Virus record (IMG/VR): IMGVR_UViG_3300020202_000001
Location: 124,001-188,000 of that record
DNA length: 64,000 bases
Reading direction: 5' to 3' (one strand)
Made by a program: the position numbers and the translations under genes. This document shows, piece after piece, positions 28,384 to 37,075 of the stretch (position 1 is its first letter; each line of letters begins with the position of its first letter). The notes below the pieces were generated by a model that was not told the origin of the DNA, ran no database searches, and worked only from the letters and a program-made list of their open reading frames with translations.

Positions 28384-28659
28384 GTGGCAACCAAGTTCAA
28401 GGTCGAGATGCACACGACGCGGGCGAAGCAACCCTTCAACGCGCGCGTGATGAAGGGCGGCAAGGAGATCTGGCGGACGAGCGAGGGCTACGAGAAGCGT
28501 GGCCCCCGCGACAAGGCCGCGAAGGAGCTGGTCGACGCGATCAACTCCGGCAGCCTGGCGACCGCCAAGCTCGTCGACCTCAACCCGCCGGAGCTGGGCA
28601 AGGCCCCGGCCGCCGGCAAGGCGACGACGAAGACGAAGGCCGCCGCCGCCTCGGCCTGA
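28384..28659 (+). CDS. YegP/DUF1508-like protein
   Basis: FNARVMKGGKEIWRTSEGYEKR..RDKA signature; AAAGGA RBS. Confidence 0.65.
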   Translation: MATKFKVEMHTTRAKQPFNARVMKGGKEIWRTSEGYEKRGPRDKAAKELVDAINSGSLATAKLVDLNPPELGKAPAAGKATTKTKAAAASA

Positions 28660-28705
28660 CCCAACGGCTGCCGCCGCTTTCCCCGGCCCAGCCCCGCGAC
28701 TCGAT

Positions 28706-28746
28706 ACGCCCGGCCGGGACCCGTACCCGGCCGGGCGTGTCATTTT
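28706..28746 (+). terminator. intrinsic terminator
   Basis: ACGCCCGGCCGGG-ACCCGTA-CCCGGCCGGGCGT followed by GTCATTTT. Confidence 0.65.
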
Positions 28747-28750
28747 CACC

Positions 28751-29119
28751 ATGGCAAAGAAACCCCCGCGAAGGGTCACGTTCTGGGGCCGCAAGAAGGA
28801 CCCCGACGAGGACTTCAACAAGCCGCCGCCGAGCAAGGCGGACGCGCTCAAGCAGTGTGCCCGGATCAAGAAGAAGATCCAGGACGCCCCCAAGAAGGTG
28901 TGGGACAAGGCGTTCAAGTTCTTCGAGGACATCGACCAGAAGGCCAGCGAGATCGCCGACTCGATCAAGTCGAACGGCAGCGTCAGCGAGGGGCAGAAGA
29001 AGGCCCTCGACGGCTGGGAACGCGGCGTCGACAAGTGGATCGCCAACAACAAGCCGGCCGAGCCCGCAGAGGGCGACGAGGACGGCGAGGACGACGACGA
29101 AGAAGGCGACGAAGAGTAA
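28751..29119 (+). CDS. hypothetical protein
   Basis: Typical codons; TAATG coupling to next gene. Confidence 0.7.
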   Translation: MAKKPPRRVTFWGRKKDPDEDFNKPPPSKADALKQCARIKKKIQDAPKKVWDKAFKFFEDIDQKASEIADSIKSNGSVSEGQKKALDGWERGVDKWIANNKPAEPAEGDEDGEDDDEEGDEE

Positions 29120-29682
29120 TGCCCGAGCAAGACGGAACAACCTCTCCCCCGTACCCCAGCCAGGTCACCACCAGCCCCGGGCTGTACCGGTACCTCGAAC
29201 TCCTCCGCGCGTGGGTGGTCGAGCAGCAGCAGGAGCTGGTGCCGCTCGTGCCCCGCAAGCACCGCCACAAGATCGACGACGAGCCGGGCTCCTTCCCGCC
29301 CCTGAGCGTGTGGGAGAACGTCAGCGTCGTCGACAAGTATTGGGTGCTGATGTACATCCGCAAGATCCGCGAGGGGTGGGACTACACCCTTCGGGAACAC
29401 GAGGACAGCTGGGACTCCAAGCTGGCCCTCCGCAAGCGGTTCAGCCTCCTGTTCTCCGCCATGCACATCCTCAAGGAGGCGTTCGTCGCCCCCGAGGTCC
29501 GTGAGATGCGGAACCAGCAGGCGGCCGACCAGCACAACGCGCAGATGCAGACCCTGGAGAAGCACCTCCGGGAGGTCCTGGTGCCGCCCGAGATGCGGCA
29601 GGACGCTGCGAAGGCCGAGGGCAGCGACGAGGGCGACCTCACCGACTGGTTCACGGCCGACGACACCGAAGACGAAAGTTGA
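29119..29682 (+). CDS. hypothetical protein
   Basis: TAATG coupling. Confidence 0.7.
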   Translation: MPEQDGTTSPPYPSQVTTSPGLYRYLELLRAWVVEQQQELVPLVPRKHRHKIDDEPGSFPPLSVWENVSVVDKYWVLMYIRKIREGWDYTLREHEDSWDSKLALRKRFSLLFSAMHILKEAFVAPEVREMRNQQAADQHNAQMQTLEKHLREVLVPPEMRQDAAKAEGSDEGDLTDWFTADDTEDES

Positions 29683-30920
29683 CCCCCATGCTCTTGATCG
29701 CAGTCACCATCGCGAAGCCCGTCGTCGACGACGCGGCCCTCCGCAACCAGTACGCGGCGAACCCGCAGATCCTCCAGCTCGCGCTGGCGAAGATGGCCCG
29801 CAAGGTCGTCGAGCACGTCCGCGAGAAGGACCAGTCGTGGATTCCGGGCGAGGTCGTCCTCGTCGCGGAGCCGGACTCGGACCGGCCGGTCGTCGTGCTC
29901 CAGCGGTCGCTGGACGTGGCGGGCAGCCTGCGGAGCCTCCCCAACACGATCATCGCGGCCACCAACCAGGTCGAGGCCCTCGGGGCGCTCCTGCACGCCT
30001 ACGAGACCGAGGAGGGGCTGCCGGTCGACCGGGCCGCCCTCCCGCTCGACGAGCGGCTCAACGCGCTGGTCGAGCACTACATCGAGCTGCTCCCCTCGGA
30101 CGTGCCGGCCGTCCAGCAGCACCGGCAGACCGAGCCCGAGCCCGAGGAGCCCCGCGACGACCTCGCGGCGGTCGACTCCGACATCCTCGCCCGGGAGCTG
30201 CGGCTGACGCGGCAGCACCTGGTCGACCTGTACGGCGTCGTCACCACGATCGTCGAGGAGGGCACCTACAACCTCTCGGACGACCAGAGCAAGGTGATCG
30301 AGATGTCGCAGGAGCACCTGATGGGCTCCGCGGCGAACGACCCGCTGTTCGTGCTCGCCGACCAGGCCGAGGCGGCGTGGAAGGCGGGCGAGGTCGAGGG
30401 GGCGATGAACGTCGGCTTCCCCGAGGCCCTGGAGAAGCTGCTCGCCGAGGTCCGCAAGGGCCGCCCCCGGCCGGAGGAGGGCCAGATCCTCATCCCGGTC
30501 TCGCGTCGGTCGTACGAGCGGCTGAAGTTCGCGGCCGGGGCCACCGGCATCGCGAAGAGCGTCGAGGCCCTACTCGACACGACGACCCAGCGGAAGACGG
30601 TCCCGACGTACCACGCGGACGGCCGCGGGCACGCCGAGCCGCTGGTGCCGGTCCAGGTATCGGTGGGGCAGGGTGTGACCGTCACGCTCGGCGAGAACGA
30701 CGACGTCGGCCCGCCGGACGTGTACGTCGAACGCCACCCCGAGATGTGGCAGGTGAACCTCACGCCGGACGGGTCCGACGTCCGGCTGGTCGCCAAGGTC
30801 CACGACAACGGCAAGCTCGTCGTCACCGACGCGCACGGCACCACACTCCTCGACGAGGACCCGGTGCCCGAGTCCCCGGAACCCGAACGCAATGAGCGAA
30901 GCGAATCCCCCGAAGCGTAA
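29679..30920 (+). CDS. hypothetical protein
   Basis: Typical codons; start 29679 or 29688. Confidence 0.7.
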   Translation: MTPMLLIAVTIAKPVVDDAALRNQYAANPQILQLALAKMARKVVEHVREKDQSWIPGEVVLVAEPDSDRPVVVLQRSLDVAGSLRSLPNTIIAATNQVEALGALLHAYETEEGLPVDRAALPLDERLNALVEHYIELLPSDVPAVQQHRQTEPEPEEPRDDLAAVDSDILARELRLTRQHLVDLYGVVTTIVEEGTYNLSDDQSKVIEMSQEHLMGSAANDPLFVLADQAEAAWKAGEVEGAMNVGFPEALEKLLAEVRKGRPRPEEGQILIPVSRRSYERLKFAAGATGIAKSVEALLDTTTQRKTVPTYHADGRGHAEPLVPVQVSVGQGVTVTLGENDDVGPPDVYVERHPEMWQVNLTPDGSDVRLVAKVHDNGKLVVTDAHGTTLLDEDPVPESPEPERNERSESPEA

Positions 30921-31401
30921 GCAACACGAGACCCCCTGCGCGGCCTGCCCGTTCTCCAAGACGTGCAAGCCGTACGCCGACGACCGGGCGGCGCTGGGCA
31001 ACAGCAGCCCGTTCGTCTACGTCGGCCAGGCCAACGGCAGCTTCACCCTGCCGTGCCACTCGACCCACGACTACACCCAGCTGGAGGAGCGGCTCGCGGC
31101 CGCCCAGCCGGGCAGCGGGTGCGAGTGCGCCGGCGCGGCGATCTTCCGGGCCAACATCGGCCTGCGGTACGCCGAGCGGCTGCTCCACCTGCCGGCCAAC
31201 CTCGGACCCGACTCGCCGGTGTTCGGCTCGTTCACCGAGTTCGTCGCCCACCACTACAAGATCCCGATCGACACGGCGAACATGATCGTCCACGATCTGC
31301 CGCCGGACCTGTTGACCGCGATCGAGGTGAGCAAGGTGCAGTTCAAGGCCCGGGTGCAGCCCGGGTCGGTCATCATCGCGGGTCAGCCGAAAGGCGGGTA
31401 G
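30892..31401 (+). CDS. Cys/His-rich protein (DUF6283-like)
   Basis: PCAACPF, LPCHS, ECAGA motifs. Confidence 0.6.
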   Translation: MSEANPPKRKQHETPCAACPFSKTCKPYADDRAALGNSSPFVYVGQANGSFTLPCHSTHDYTQLEERLAAAQPGSGCECAGAAIFRANIGLRYAERLLHLPANLGPDSPVFGSFTEFVAHHYKIPIDTANMIVHDLPPDLLTAIEVSKVQFKARVQPGSVIIAGQPKGG

Positions 31402-31409
31402 ACTGGAGA

Positions 31410-31429
31410 TGCAAAAACCAGTTTTGAGA
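31410..31429 (+). repeat. dispersed 20-bp quasi-palindrome, copy 5 (TGCAAAAACCAGTTTTGAGA)
   Basis: Two differences from copy 1. Confidence 0.9.
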
Positions 31430-31450
31430 TCTACCGGACAAGGAGGTCCA

Positions 31451-32434
31451 GTGGTCCCCGACCTGCATCGCTACGACTGGGTGATCGTGAACTCTAGCGC
31501 CGGAAAGGATTCTCAGGCGTCCCTCTCGAAAGTCATCAAGACGGCCAAGGCCCAGAACTACCCGCTCGACCGCATCGTCGTCGCCCACGCGGACCTGGGC
31601 GAGATGGAGTGGCCGGGCACGCTGGACTTGGCCAAGGAGCACGCGGCCCACTACGGGCTGCGGTTCGAGGTCGAGCGTCGCCCGCAGGGGGATCTGCTGC
31701 AGCAGGTTGAGGAGCGGGGCATGTGGCCCGACTCCAAGAACCGGTTCTGCACCTCCGACCACAAGCGGGGGCAGATCGCCCGCTTGTTCACCAAACTGAC
31801 CAAGGAGACCCGTGACGCGCTGGCAACTGCTGGCTCTGGGGTTCGGGATCAACCTCGCCCTGTTCGTGATCGCGTACGTGCTGATCGGCACCCACGCCAC
31901 GTCGGATTCGACGAGGCGGACGTGGATTGGGGCGGTCATCGCGGTCGAGGCGGCCGTGTACTTCGCGTTCGTCCGGCACGTCCTGCGAAGCGGTCGCTGA
32001 AGAAGGTACGCTTCCTGAGCGTGTTCGGCTTCCGCTCCGAGGAGAGCCCGGCCCGGAAGAAGATGGTCGAGTTCGAGATCGACGAGCGGCTGACGAACAC
32101 GCTCAGGCACGTCGACCGGTGGCTGCCCGTGCACCACTGGTCGACCCGGGACGTGTGGCACGAGATCCACCAGTCGGGCATGCGGTCGCACTGGGCCTAC
32201 CAGCGCGGCATGAGCCGGCTGTCCTGCCGGTTCTGCATCTTCGCCCCCAAGTCGCAGCTGATGATCTCCGCGCAGCAGCCGGAGAATCGAGAGGTGTTCG
32301 AGAGGTACGTGCAGCTTGAGATCAAAATCGGTCACCGCTTCAAGGCCAAGGAGTCCCTCCAAGACATCAAGGCGGCGGTCGAAGCCGGCGAGCAAGTCGC
32401 CCCCGGCTCCGACGACGGCTGCTGGAACATGTAA
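31451..32434 (+). CDS. PAPS reductase/CysH-like (PP-loop) protein with a ~63-aa internal insertion
   Basis: NSSAGKDS PP-loop, HADLG.MEW, RFCTSDHKR, GFRSEESPAR, WLPVHHWS, AY..GMSRLSCRFC; AGGAGG RBS before GTG 31451. Confidence 0.88.
   Translation: MVPDLHRYDWVIVNSSAGKDSQASLSKVIKTAKAQNYPLDRIVVAHADLGEMEWPGTLDLAKEHAAHYGLRFEVERRPQGDLLQQVEERGMWPDSKNRFCTSDHKRGQIARLFTKLTKETRDALATAGSGVRDQPRPVRDRVRADRHPRHVGFDEADVDWGGHRGRGGRVLRVRPARPAKRSLKKVRFLSVFGFRSEESPARKKMVEFEIDERLTNTLRHVDRWLPVHHWSTRDVWHEIHQSGMRSHWAYQRGMSRLSCRFCIFAPKSQLMISAQQPENREVFERYVQLEIKIGHRFKAKESLQDIKAAVEAGEQVAPGSDDGCWNM
31812..32000 (+). CDS. small two-TM membrane protein fully nested (+1 frame) in the PAPS-reductase gene
   Basis: AAGGAG RBS 4 nt before GTG; genome-typical codons in this frame; two TM helices and basic tail; host frame is Arg/Gly-rich over exactly this span. 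Confidence 0.7.
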   Translation: MTRWQLLALGFGINLALFVIAYVLIGTHATSDSTRRTWIGAVIAVEAAVYFAFVRHVLRSGR

Positions 32435-33296
32435 CAACCCGTTCCTCGACGCCTTCATCGAGCAGGAGGTCGAGCGGTTCGGCCCGAAGCCGATCCCGAA
32501 GGTCGTCAAGGACAAGGAGAAGATCGTCTACAAGAAGGGAGGCGTCGAGGTCGGGTGGCGGTTCCTGCAGGGCCACAACGACGACTACCTCTCGGTCAAC
32601 TGGCGGGCCGAGGGCAAGGACCCGAGCTGTCCGAACATGGCGGCGCTGTGGGTGCCGTTCCTGCGGATCGACGGCCGGCTCTGGATGAGCTACGCCCCGG
32701 CCGAGATCCAGAGCCAGTGGGTCCCGATCCAGATGGCCCGCGGGCACGTCGCCGTGGGCGGCCTGGGGATGGGCTACGTCGCGATGGCGATGGCGGCCCG
32801 GCCCGAGGTCGAGAAGGTCGTCGTGTTCGAGCGGGACGACCGGGTCCTGCGCATGTTCAACGACCTGAACCCGGACCCGTTCCCCGGGTCGACGAAGATC
32901 AAGGTCGTCATGGGCGACCTGTACGAGGAGCTGCCCAAGTACGAGCCGCCCGGCGGCGAGTGGGACCTCGTGTACATGGACCCGTACCTGAAGCGGGCGA
33001 GCGTCGAGGCGGTCCGGGACACGATCACGCTCTGGCTCGGCCGGAAGGTCAAGACCAAGGCGTACCGGTTCTGGGCGCAGGAGGAGATCACCCGCTACCT
33101 CGTGCGGTCCATGGGCGTACGCCCGCCGCGCGAGATGTTCTCCGTCCACGACGCCCGCTTCTTCCGCCTCTTCGACAGCACGGTCCAGCTCCGGGAGCAC
33201 AACAACTTCCAGAACGATCTGCTGGCCAAGGTGGCGGCGATGGCCTTCGCCCGAGACGCGAAGGCCCGCCGCGCGATCGACAAGGTCACCGAGTGA
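32316..33296 (+). CDS. class I SAM-dependent methyltransferase / spermidine-synthase-like protein
   Basis: ARGHVAVGGLGMGY, VEKVVVFERD, IKVVMGD, WDLVYMD motifs; start uncertain. Confidence 0.75.
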   Translation: MRSKSVTASRPRSPSKTSRRRSKPASKSPPAPTTAAGTCNNPFLDAFIEQEVERFGPKPIPKVVKDKEKIVYKKGGVEVGWRFLQGHNDDYLSVNWRAEGKDPSCPNMAALWVPFLRIDGRLWMSYAPAEIQSQWVPIQMARGHVAVGGLGMGYVAMAMAARPEVEKVVVFERDDRVLRMFNDLNPDPFPGSTKIKVVMGDLYEELPKYEPPGGEWDLVYMDPYLKRASVEAVRDTITLWLGRKVKTKAYRFWAQEEITRYLVRSMGVRPPREMFSVHDARFFRLFDSTVQLREHNNFQNDLLAKVAAMAFARDAKARRAIDKVTE

Positions 33297-33297
33297 C

Positions 33298-33744
33298 ATG
33301 GCCAAGCGACGCAAGCGAAAGCAGAGGAACCGCGTCGTCGGTGCCCGCCCCGCCGGCCCGGACCACCAGGTGGTCACGATCACGGGCCAAGGCGAGGCGG
33401 GGTATTGCACCCGGCCGTGCCCGCAGTGCCCGTGGCGGAAGGACCAGGCCGGGAGCTTCCCGGCCGAGGCCTTCCGCCACTCGGCGAACACGGCGTACGA
33501 CATGGACCAGCACACGTTCGCCTGTCACATGGCGGGCGTCGAGAACCCGAAGATCTGTGCCGGCTTCCTCCTCAACGGCGCTGCACACAACATGACGATC
33601 CGCCTGGCCGTGATCCGGGACGAGATCGACTTGGACAAGGTCACGGACGGCGGGCACGAGCTGCACGAGAGCTACCGCGCCATGGCCGAGGCGAACGGGG
33701 TGCCGCCGGACGACCCGGCGCTCGCCCCCTGCAGGGAACCATGA
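33298..33744 (+). CDS. DUF6283-like Cys/His protein
   Basis: PCPQCPWRKD..G.FPAEAF, FACH, ICAGFL, LHESYRAMA.ANGV. Confidence 0.7.
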   Translation: MAKRRKRKQRNRVVGARPAGPDHQVVTITGQGEAGYCTRPCPQCPWRKDQAGSFPAEAFRHSANTAYDMDQHTFACHMAGVENPKICAGFLLNGAAHNMTIRLAVIRDEIDLDKVTDGGHELHESYRAMAEANGVPPDDPALAPCREP

Positions 33745-34244
33745 AGAAGGTCCTGTTCATCCTCCAGAACGCCTGGAGCCCGATGTACGCCGGCGGCACC
33801 TGGCCCCGGGACTCGTGGCTGCGGGCGTTGCACCGGTCGAGGAGCGGCCAACGTCTGCGGACGATCACCAAAGCCGTCGACGCCACCGGTGCGTTCGAGT
33901 TCGACTACGACAACACGACCCCGCAGGTGACGGCCAAGCCGTGCGGGGTCTCGCCGATCGACTACGTGCACGTCGAGGGCGTGCTGGCCCGGCTGGTCGG
34001 GTACGACGTGGAGCGGTCCGTCGTCGTCCTCTGCGGCGACCAGGCGGCCAAGGTCCTCGACCGGTTCCTGATCCCCCAGCCGACGCTCCTGATCCCGCAC
34101 CCGGCCTACCGGGTCGTGACCAACCTGCTGCTCGAACAGGCCGCCGATCTCATCCGTAATGGGTTCCAGGGGCAGGTGAGGCTGAAGCAGGATCGCGGGC
34201 GCGTAGTCCAATCCTGTTGCAAGTCAAGCCCCGAGCGGGCATGA
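33741..34244 (+). CDS. uracil-DNA glycosylase-like fold protein
   Basis: VLFILQN, SRSGQRL, VVVLCGDQA, IPHPAYR follow the UDG superfamily motif order. Confidence 0.55.
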   Translation: MKKVLFILQNAWSPMYAGGTWPRDSWLRALHRSRSGQRLRTITKAVDATGAFEFDYDNTTPQVTAKPCGVSPIDYVHVEGVLARLVGYDVERSVVVLCGDQAAKVLDRFLIPQPTLLIPHPAYRVVTNLLLEQAADLIRNGFQGQVRLKQDRGRVVQSCCKSSPERA

Positions 34245-34341
34245 TCCGCGGGTCAGGCCCGGGCAGCCTTTTGCGTCAGCACCTTCTCGCCCGGCCAGTT
34301 GTAACGGTGCGGCCAAGGATAGGCCCGCCGCGGGAGCTGCC

Positions 34342-34896
34342 ATGGACGGCTTGCGAGTGCCCCCTTCAAAGAGCGGAACGGTCACCTGCCTGAAGTGCCG
34401 AAAGGCCTTCGGCTCCCCCGACCGCGTCTGCATCCGCATCTGTCCAAAGTGTAAACGCGACAAGGAAAGGCTCGGCCTGATCGCCGAGCGGGTATCGTCC
34501 GTGCACGGCGTGGACGTGTACGACGTGGACGGAGGTGACTGTGCTCCAACGCGTGAAGAGGTGGGCGAGGTCCGTCCTGCAAAAGTGGGTGCTAAGCCTG
34601 ATCGCGGACCGGCTGTTGTTGATGACGCGGTCGTACAACGAGACGGTCGCCAAGGTAAAGGGGCAGGCGGCCGAGGCGGCGGTCGCGGGGGCAAAGGGCG
34701 AGGTCGCGGCACTGCGTCGCCAGCTGGCGGCGCTGCAGGCGATCGACCTGGACTTCCGCCACGGCGGCAAGATCATCGTCGTGGCAAAGGTCAACGGAAA
34801 GGACATCGTCAAGATCGTCGAAATCGCGCCGCGAATGAACATGGAACAGTGGCGGTTCCTCTCGCGCGAGATCGAGGATCGGTATGGGATTTCTGA
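34342..34896 (+). CDS. zinc-finger protein with long C-terminal tail overprinted on the next gene
   Basis: CLKCRKAF.S..IRICPKC; GGGAG RBS. Confidence 0.55.
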   Translation: MDGLRVPPSKSGTVTCLKCRKAFGSPDRVCIRICPKCKRDKERLGLIAERVSSVHGVDVYDVDGGDCAPTREEVGEVRPAKVGAKPDRGPAVVDDAVVQRDGRQGKGAGGRGGGRGGKGRGRGTASPAGGAAGDRPGLPPRRQDHRRGKGQRKGHRQDRRNRAANEHGTVAVPLARDRGSVWDF

Positions 34897-34945
34897 GCGG
34901 CGCATCGACGGGCCGCCGGGGATCTCCGGTAACCACTTCCTCTGA
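34535..34945 (+). CDS. hypothetical coiled-coil protein
   Basis: GGAGG RBS (start 34535 or 34541); typical codons. Confidence 0.65.
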   Translation: MTVLQRVKRWARSVLQKWVLSLIADRLLLMTRSYNETVAKVKGQAAEAAVAGAKGEVAALRRQLAALQAIDLDFRHGGKIIVVAKVNGKDIVKIVEIAPRMNMEQWRFLSREIEDRYGISERRIDGPPGISGNHFL

Positions 34946-34948
34946 ACA

Positions 34949-35146
34949 ATGGTGAGCCAACAACTCAGAGACCTGATTCAACAGCACGTACGGGAGGGCG
35001 GGGCCAAGGACGTGATCGAGGCCCTGGCCGCGTCCTGCACGGAAGAGGGTAGGGACATTGAGACCGGCAAGTCCGACGAGGACCGCCGGGACCTCCGCGA
35101 GCTGGCGGTCGAGCTGAACGGCCTGGCCGACCGGACGTACGTCTGA
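34949..35146 (+). CDS. small hypothetical protein
   Basis: Typical codons. Confidence 0.6.
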   Translation: MVSQQLRDLIQQHVREGGAKDVIEALAASCTEEGRDIETGKSDEDRRDLRELAVELNGLADRTYV

Positions 35147-35148
35147 GA

Positions 35149-35168
35149 CCTCAAAACCGGTTTTGAGA
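35149..35168. repeat. dispersed 20-bp site, copy 6 (contains perfect 18-bp palindrome CTCAAAACCGGTTTTGAG)
   Basis: Read directly. Confidence 0.95.
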
Positions 35169-35309
35169 ACGGCAGCGGACCGCACCGGCGGTGCCGATCG
35201 CGACGGCGGCCGAGCCAGAGGTTGCGGAGGGCCGGTACACATGCCGCCCCGCTCGCTATGGCCACGGTTTAGAGTACCCGTCAAGCCCCGCTGCCCTTGT
35301 GAAGGAGCC

Positions 35310-36434
35310 ATGCCCAAACCCATCCTGTCCATGTCGGCTGACTGGCACCTGCAGAACCGGGCGTGGACGCTCGCTGCGGGTCGTGACATCAGCGGCGACA
35401 GCTACTACTCCCTGAAGCAGATCGTCGACCACGCCATCGAGCACGAGGTGCAGGCGGTGGTCGGCGCTGGCGACCTGATCGACAAGACGATCAACAACTC
35501 CGACCCGATCGTGTTCCTCAACCAGCAGCTCGACCGGCTCCAGAAGAAGGAGATCCGGTGCCTGTACGTGCAGGGCCAGCACGAGATGCAGGACCGCCCC
35601 TGGCTCAGCGGCCACGCCTGGCCCGAGCACATGAGCGGCCTGCAGGTGACGATCGACACCGTCTGCATGTTCGGTCTCGACTTCCACCACAGCCCCCAGC
35701 TCCAGATCGCCCTGAACGCGATCCCGGAGGGCACGCACCTGCTCGTGGCCCACCAGGTGTGGGGCGAGTTCATGGGGTCGGTCGCGGCCCCGCAGGGCGG
35801 GATGTCGGACGTGCCGATGGTGGGCACCGTGTTCACCGGCGACTACCACGTCCGCAAGGAGATCGAGACGCGGGGCAAGGACGGCCAGAAGCTCCGCGTG
35901 ATCTCGCCCGGGTCGACGTGCATGCAGAGCATCGACGAGCCGTGGAAGAAGTTCTTCTACGTCGTCTACGACGACTACACCTGGAAGAAGGTGCGGCTCA
36001 AGACCCGCCACCGCGTCGACTGGCACGTCAGCGCGGCGGCCGACGTCGACAACCTGCTGCAGACGGTCGACACCGAGCTGACGCGGATCGCCGACGAGAC
36101 GGCCGGGTACGACGAGCGGGTCCGCAAGCCGATCTACTGGGTCGAGTACCCGCACAAGCTGGGCGAGCACCGGGGCCGGATCGTGAAAGCGATCGGCGAC
36201 CGGGCGTTCATCTTCTGGAAGGAAGTGCCGCCGGAGCCCCCGCCGGAGGTCGTGGCCCGCCGCAAGGAGGCCCAGGCCAAGGGCGAGCGGCGGGCGGCCA
36301 CGCTGCTGACCGAACTGCCCGGCTACCTGCAACAGGCGGAGCTGGGCCACCTGCAAGGCGACTGCACGCGGCTCCTGCAAGCCGGCAGCGTCGAGGACGA
36401 GCTTCGTCGCATGCGAGAGGAAGCGCTGAAATAG
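35310..36434 (+). CDS. sbcD: SbcD/Mre11-like metallophosphoesterase nuclease
   Basis: ADWHL, GAGDLID, QGQHE, VAHQ, TGDYH, SPGS motifs; AAGGAG RBS. Confidence 0.88.
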   Translation: MPKPILSMSADWHLQNRAWTLAAGRDISGDSYYSLKQIVDHAIEHEVQAVVGAGDLIDKTINNSDPIVFLNQQLDRLQKKEIRCLYVQGQHEMQDRPWLSGHAWPEHMSGLQVTIDTVCMFGLDFHHSPQLQIALNAIPEGTHLLVAHQVWGEFMGSVAAPQGGMSDVPMVGTVFTGDYHVRKEIETRGKDGQKLRVISPGSTCMQSIDEPWKKFFYVVYDDYTWKKVRLKTRHRVDWHVSAAADVDNLLQTVDTELTRIADETAGYDERVRKPIYWVEYPHKLGEHRGRIVKAIGDRAFIFWKEVPPEPPPEVVARRKEAQAKGERRAATLLTELPGYLQQAELGHLQGDCTRLLQAGSVEDELRRMREEALK

Positions 36435-36733
36435 TGGCTAGACCTGACCCCGAGGCGATCGAACAAGACCCGCGGTTCGCAAAAATCCTGGACGCCGGCC
36501 ACGGCATACCGAGCAGCGACTCGGAGCTGGGGAGCCGGGCGATCGCGGACATGATCGACTGGTGGCGGCGCTGTTACGCCGGCGGCGAGCAACTCGGAAA
36601 CATGCTCGACGACGTCGACCAGCTCGTTTGCATACTCAACAAGTTCAAAGCCGCCGTCGCCAAGGACCACTCCCTGGTGATCGACGACTCGCCGTTGCGG
36701 CGGCACGCCGCACTGGGACCGAACGACGGATGA
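36434..36733 (+). CDS. hypothetical protein
   Basis: TAGTG coupling. Confidence 0.55.
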   Translation: MARPDPEAIEQDPRFAKILDAGHGIPSSDSELGSRAIADMIDWWRRCYAGGEQLGNMLDDVDQLVCILNKFKAAVAKDHSLVIDDSPLRRHAALGPNDG

Positions 36734-37068
36734 AGCTACGCATCGAGATCGACCTTGACAACGACGCCTTCGCCGGCCGCAAGCTCGCCCGCGAGGTCGA
36801 GAAGATCCTCGACCTCCTCCCGTCCGACCTGGACGGGGTGGGGCGGCGGCAGCTGGCGACGTTCTCCAAGACGCTGATGGACAGCAACGGCAACTCGGTC
36901 GGAAAGGCCGTGGTCGTCGACGACGAGGTCACGCCCCGTTGTGCCAAGTGCACGACGAAGCTGACGGAGTCGACCCCGACGATGACGGTCTGCTCGAACG
37001 ACACCGCCCGCAGCCTGCGCGTCGAGATCGGCGACGTGGTCTGCAAGGCGTGCTACGACCGGGCCTGA
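36730..37068 (+). CDS. hypothetical protein (IDLDNDAF..DSNGNSVG family) with C-terminal CxxC pairs
   Basis: ATGA coupling; common small phage protein motif. Confidence 0.65.
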   Translation: MKLRIEIDLDNDAFAGRKLAREVEKILDLLPSDLDGVGRRQLATFSKTLMDSNGNSVGKAVVVDDEVTPRCAKCTTKLTESTPTMTVCSNDTARSLRVEIGDVVCKACYDRA

Positions 37069-37075
37069 GGTAACT

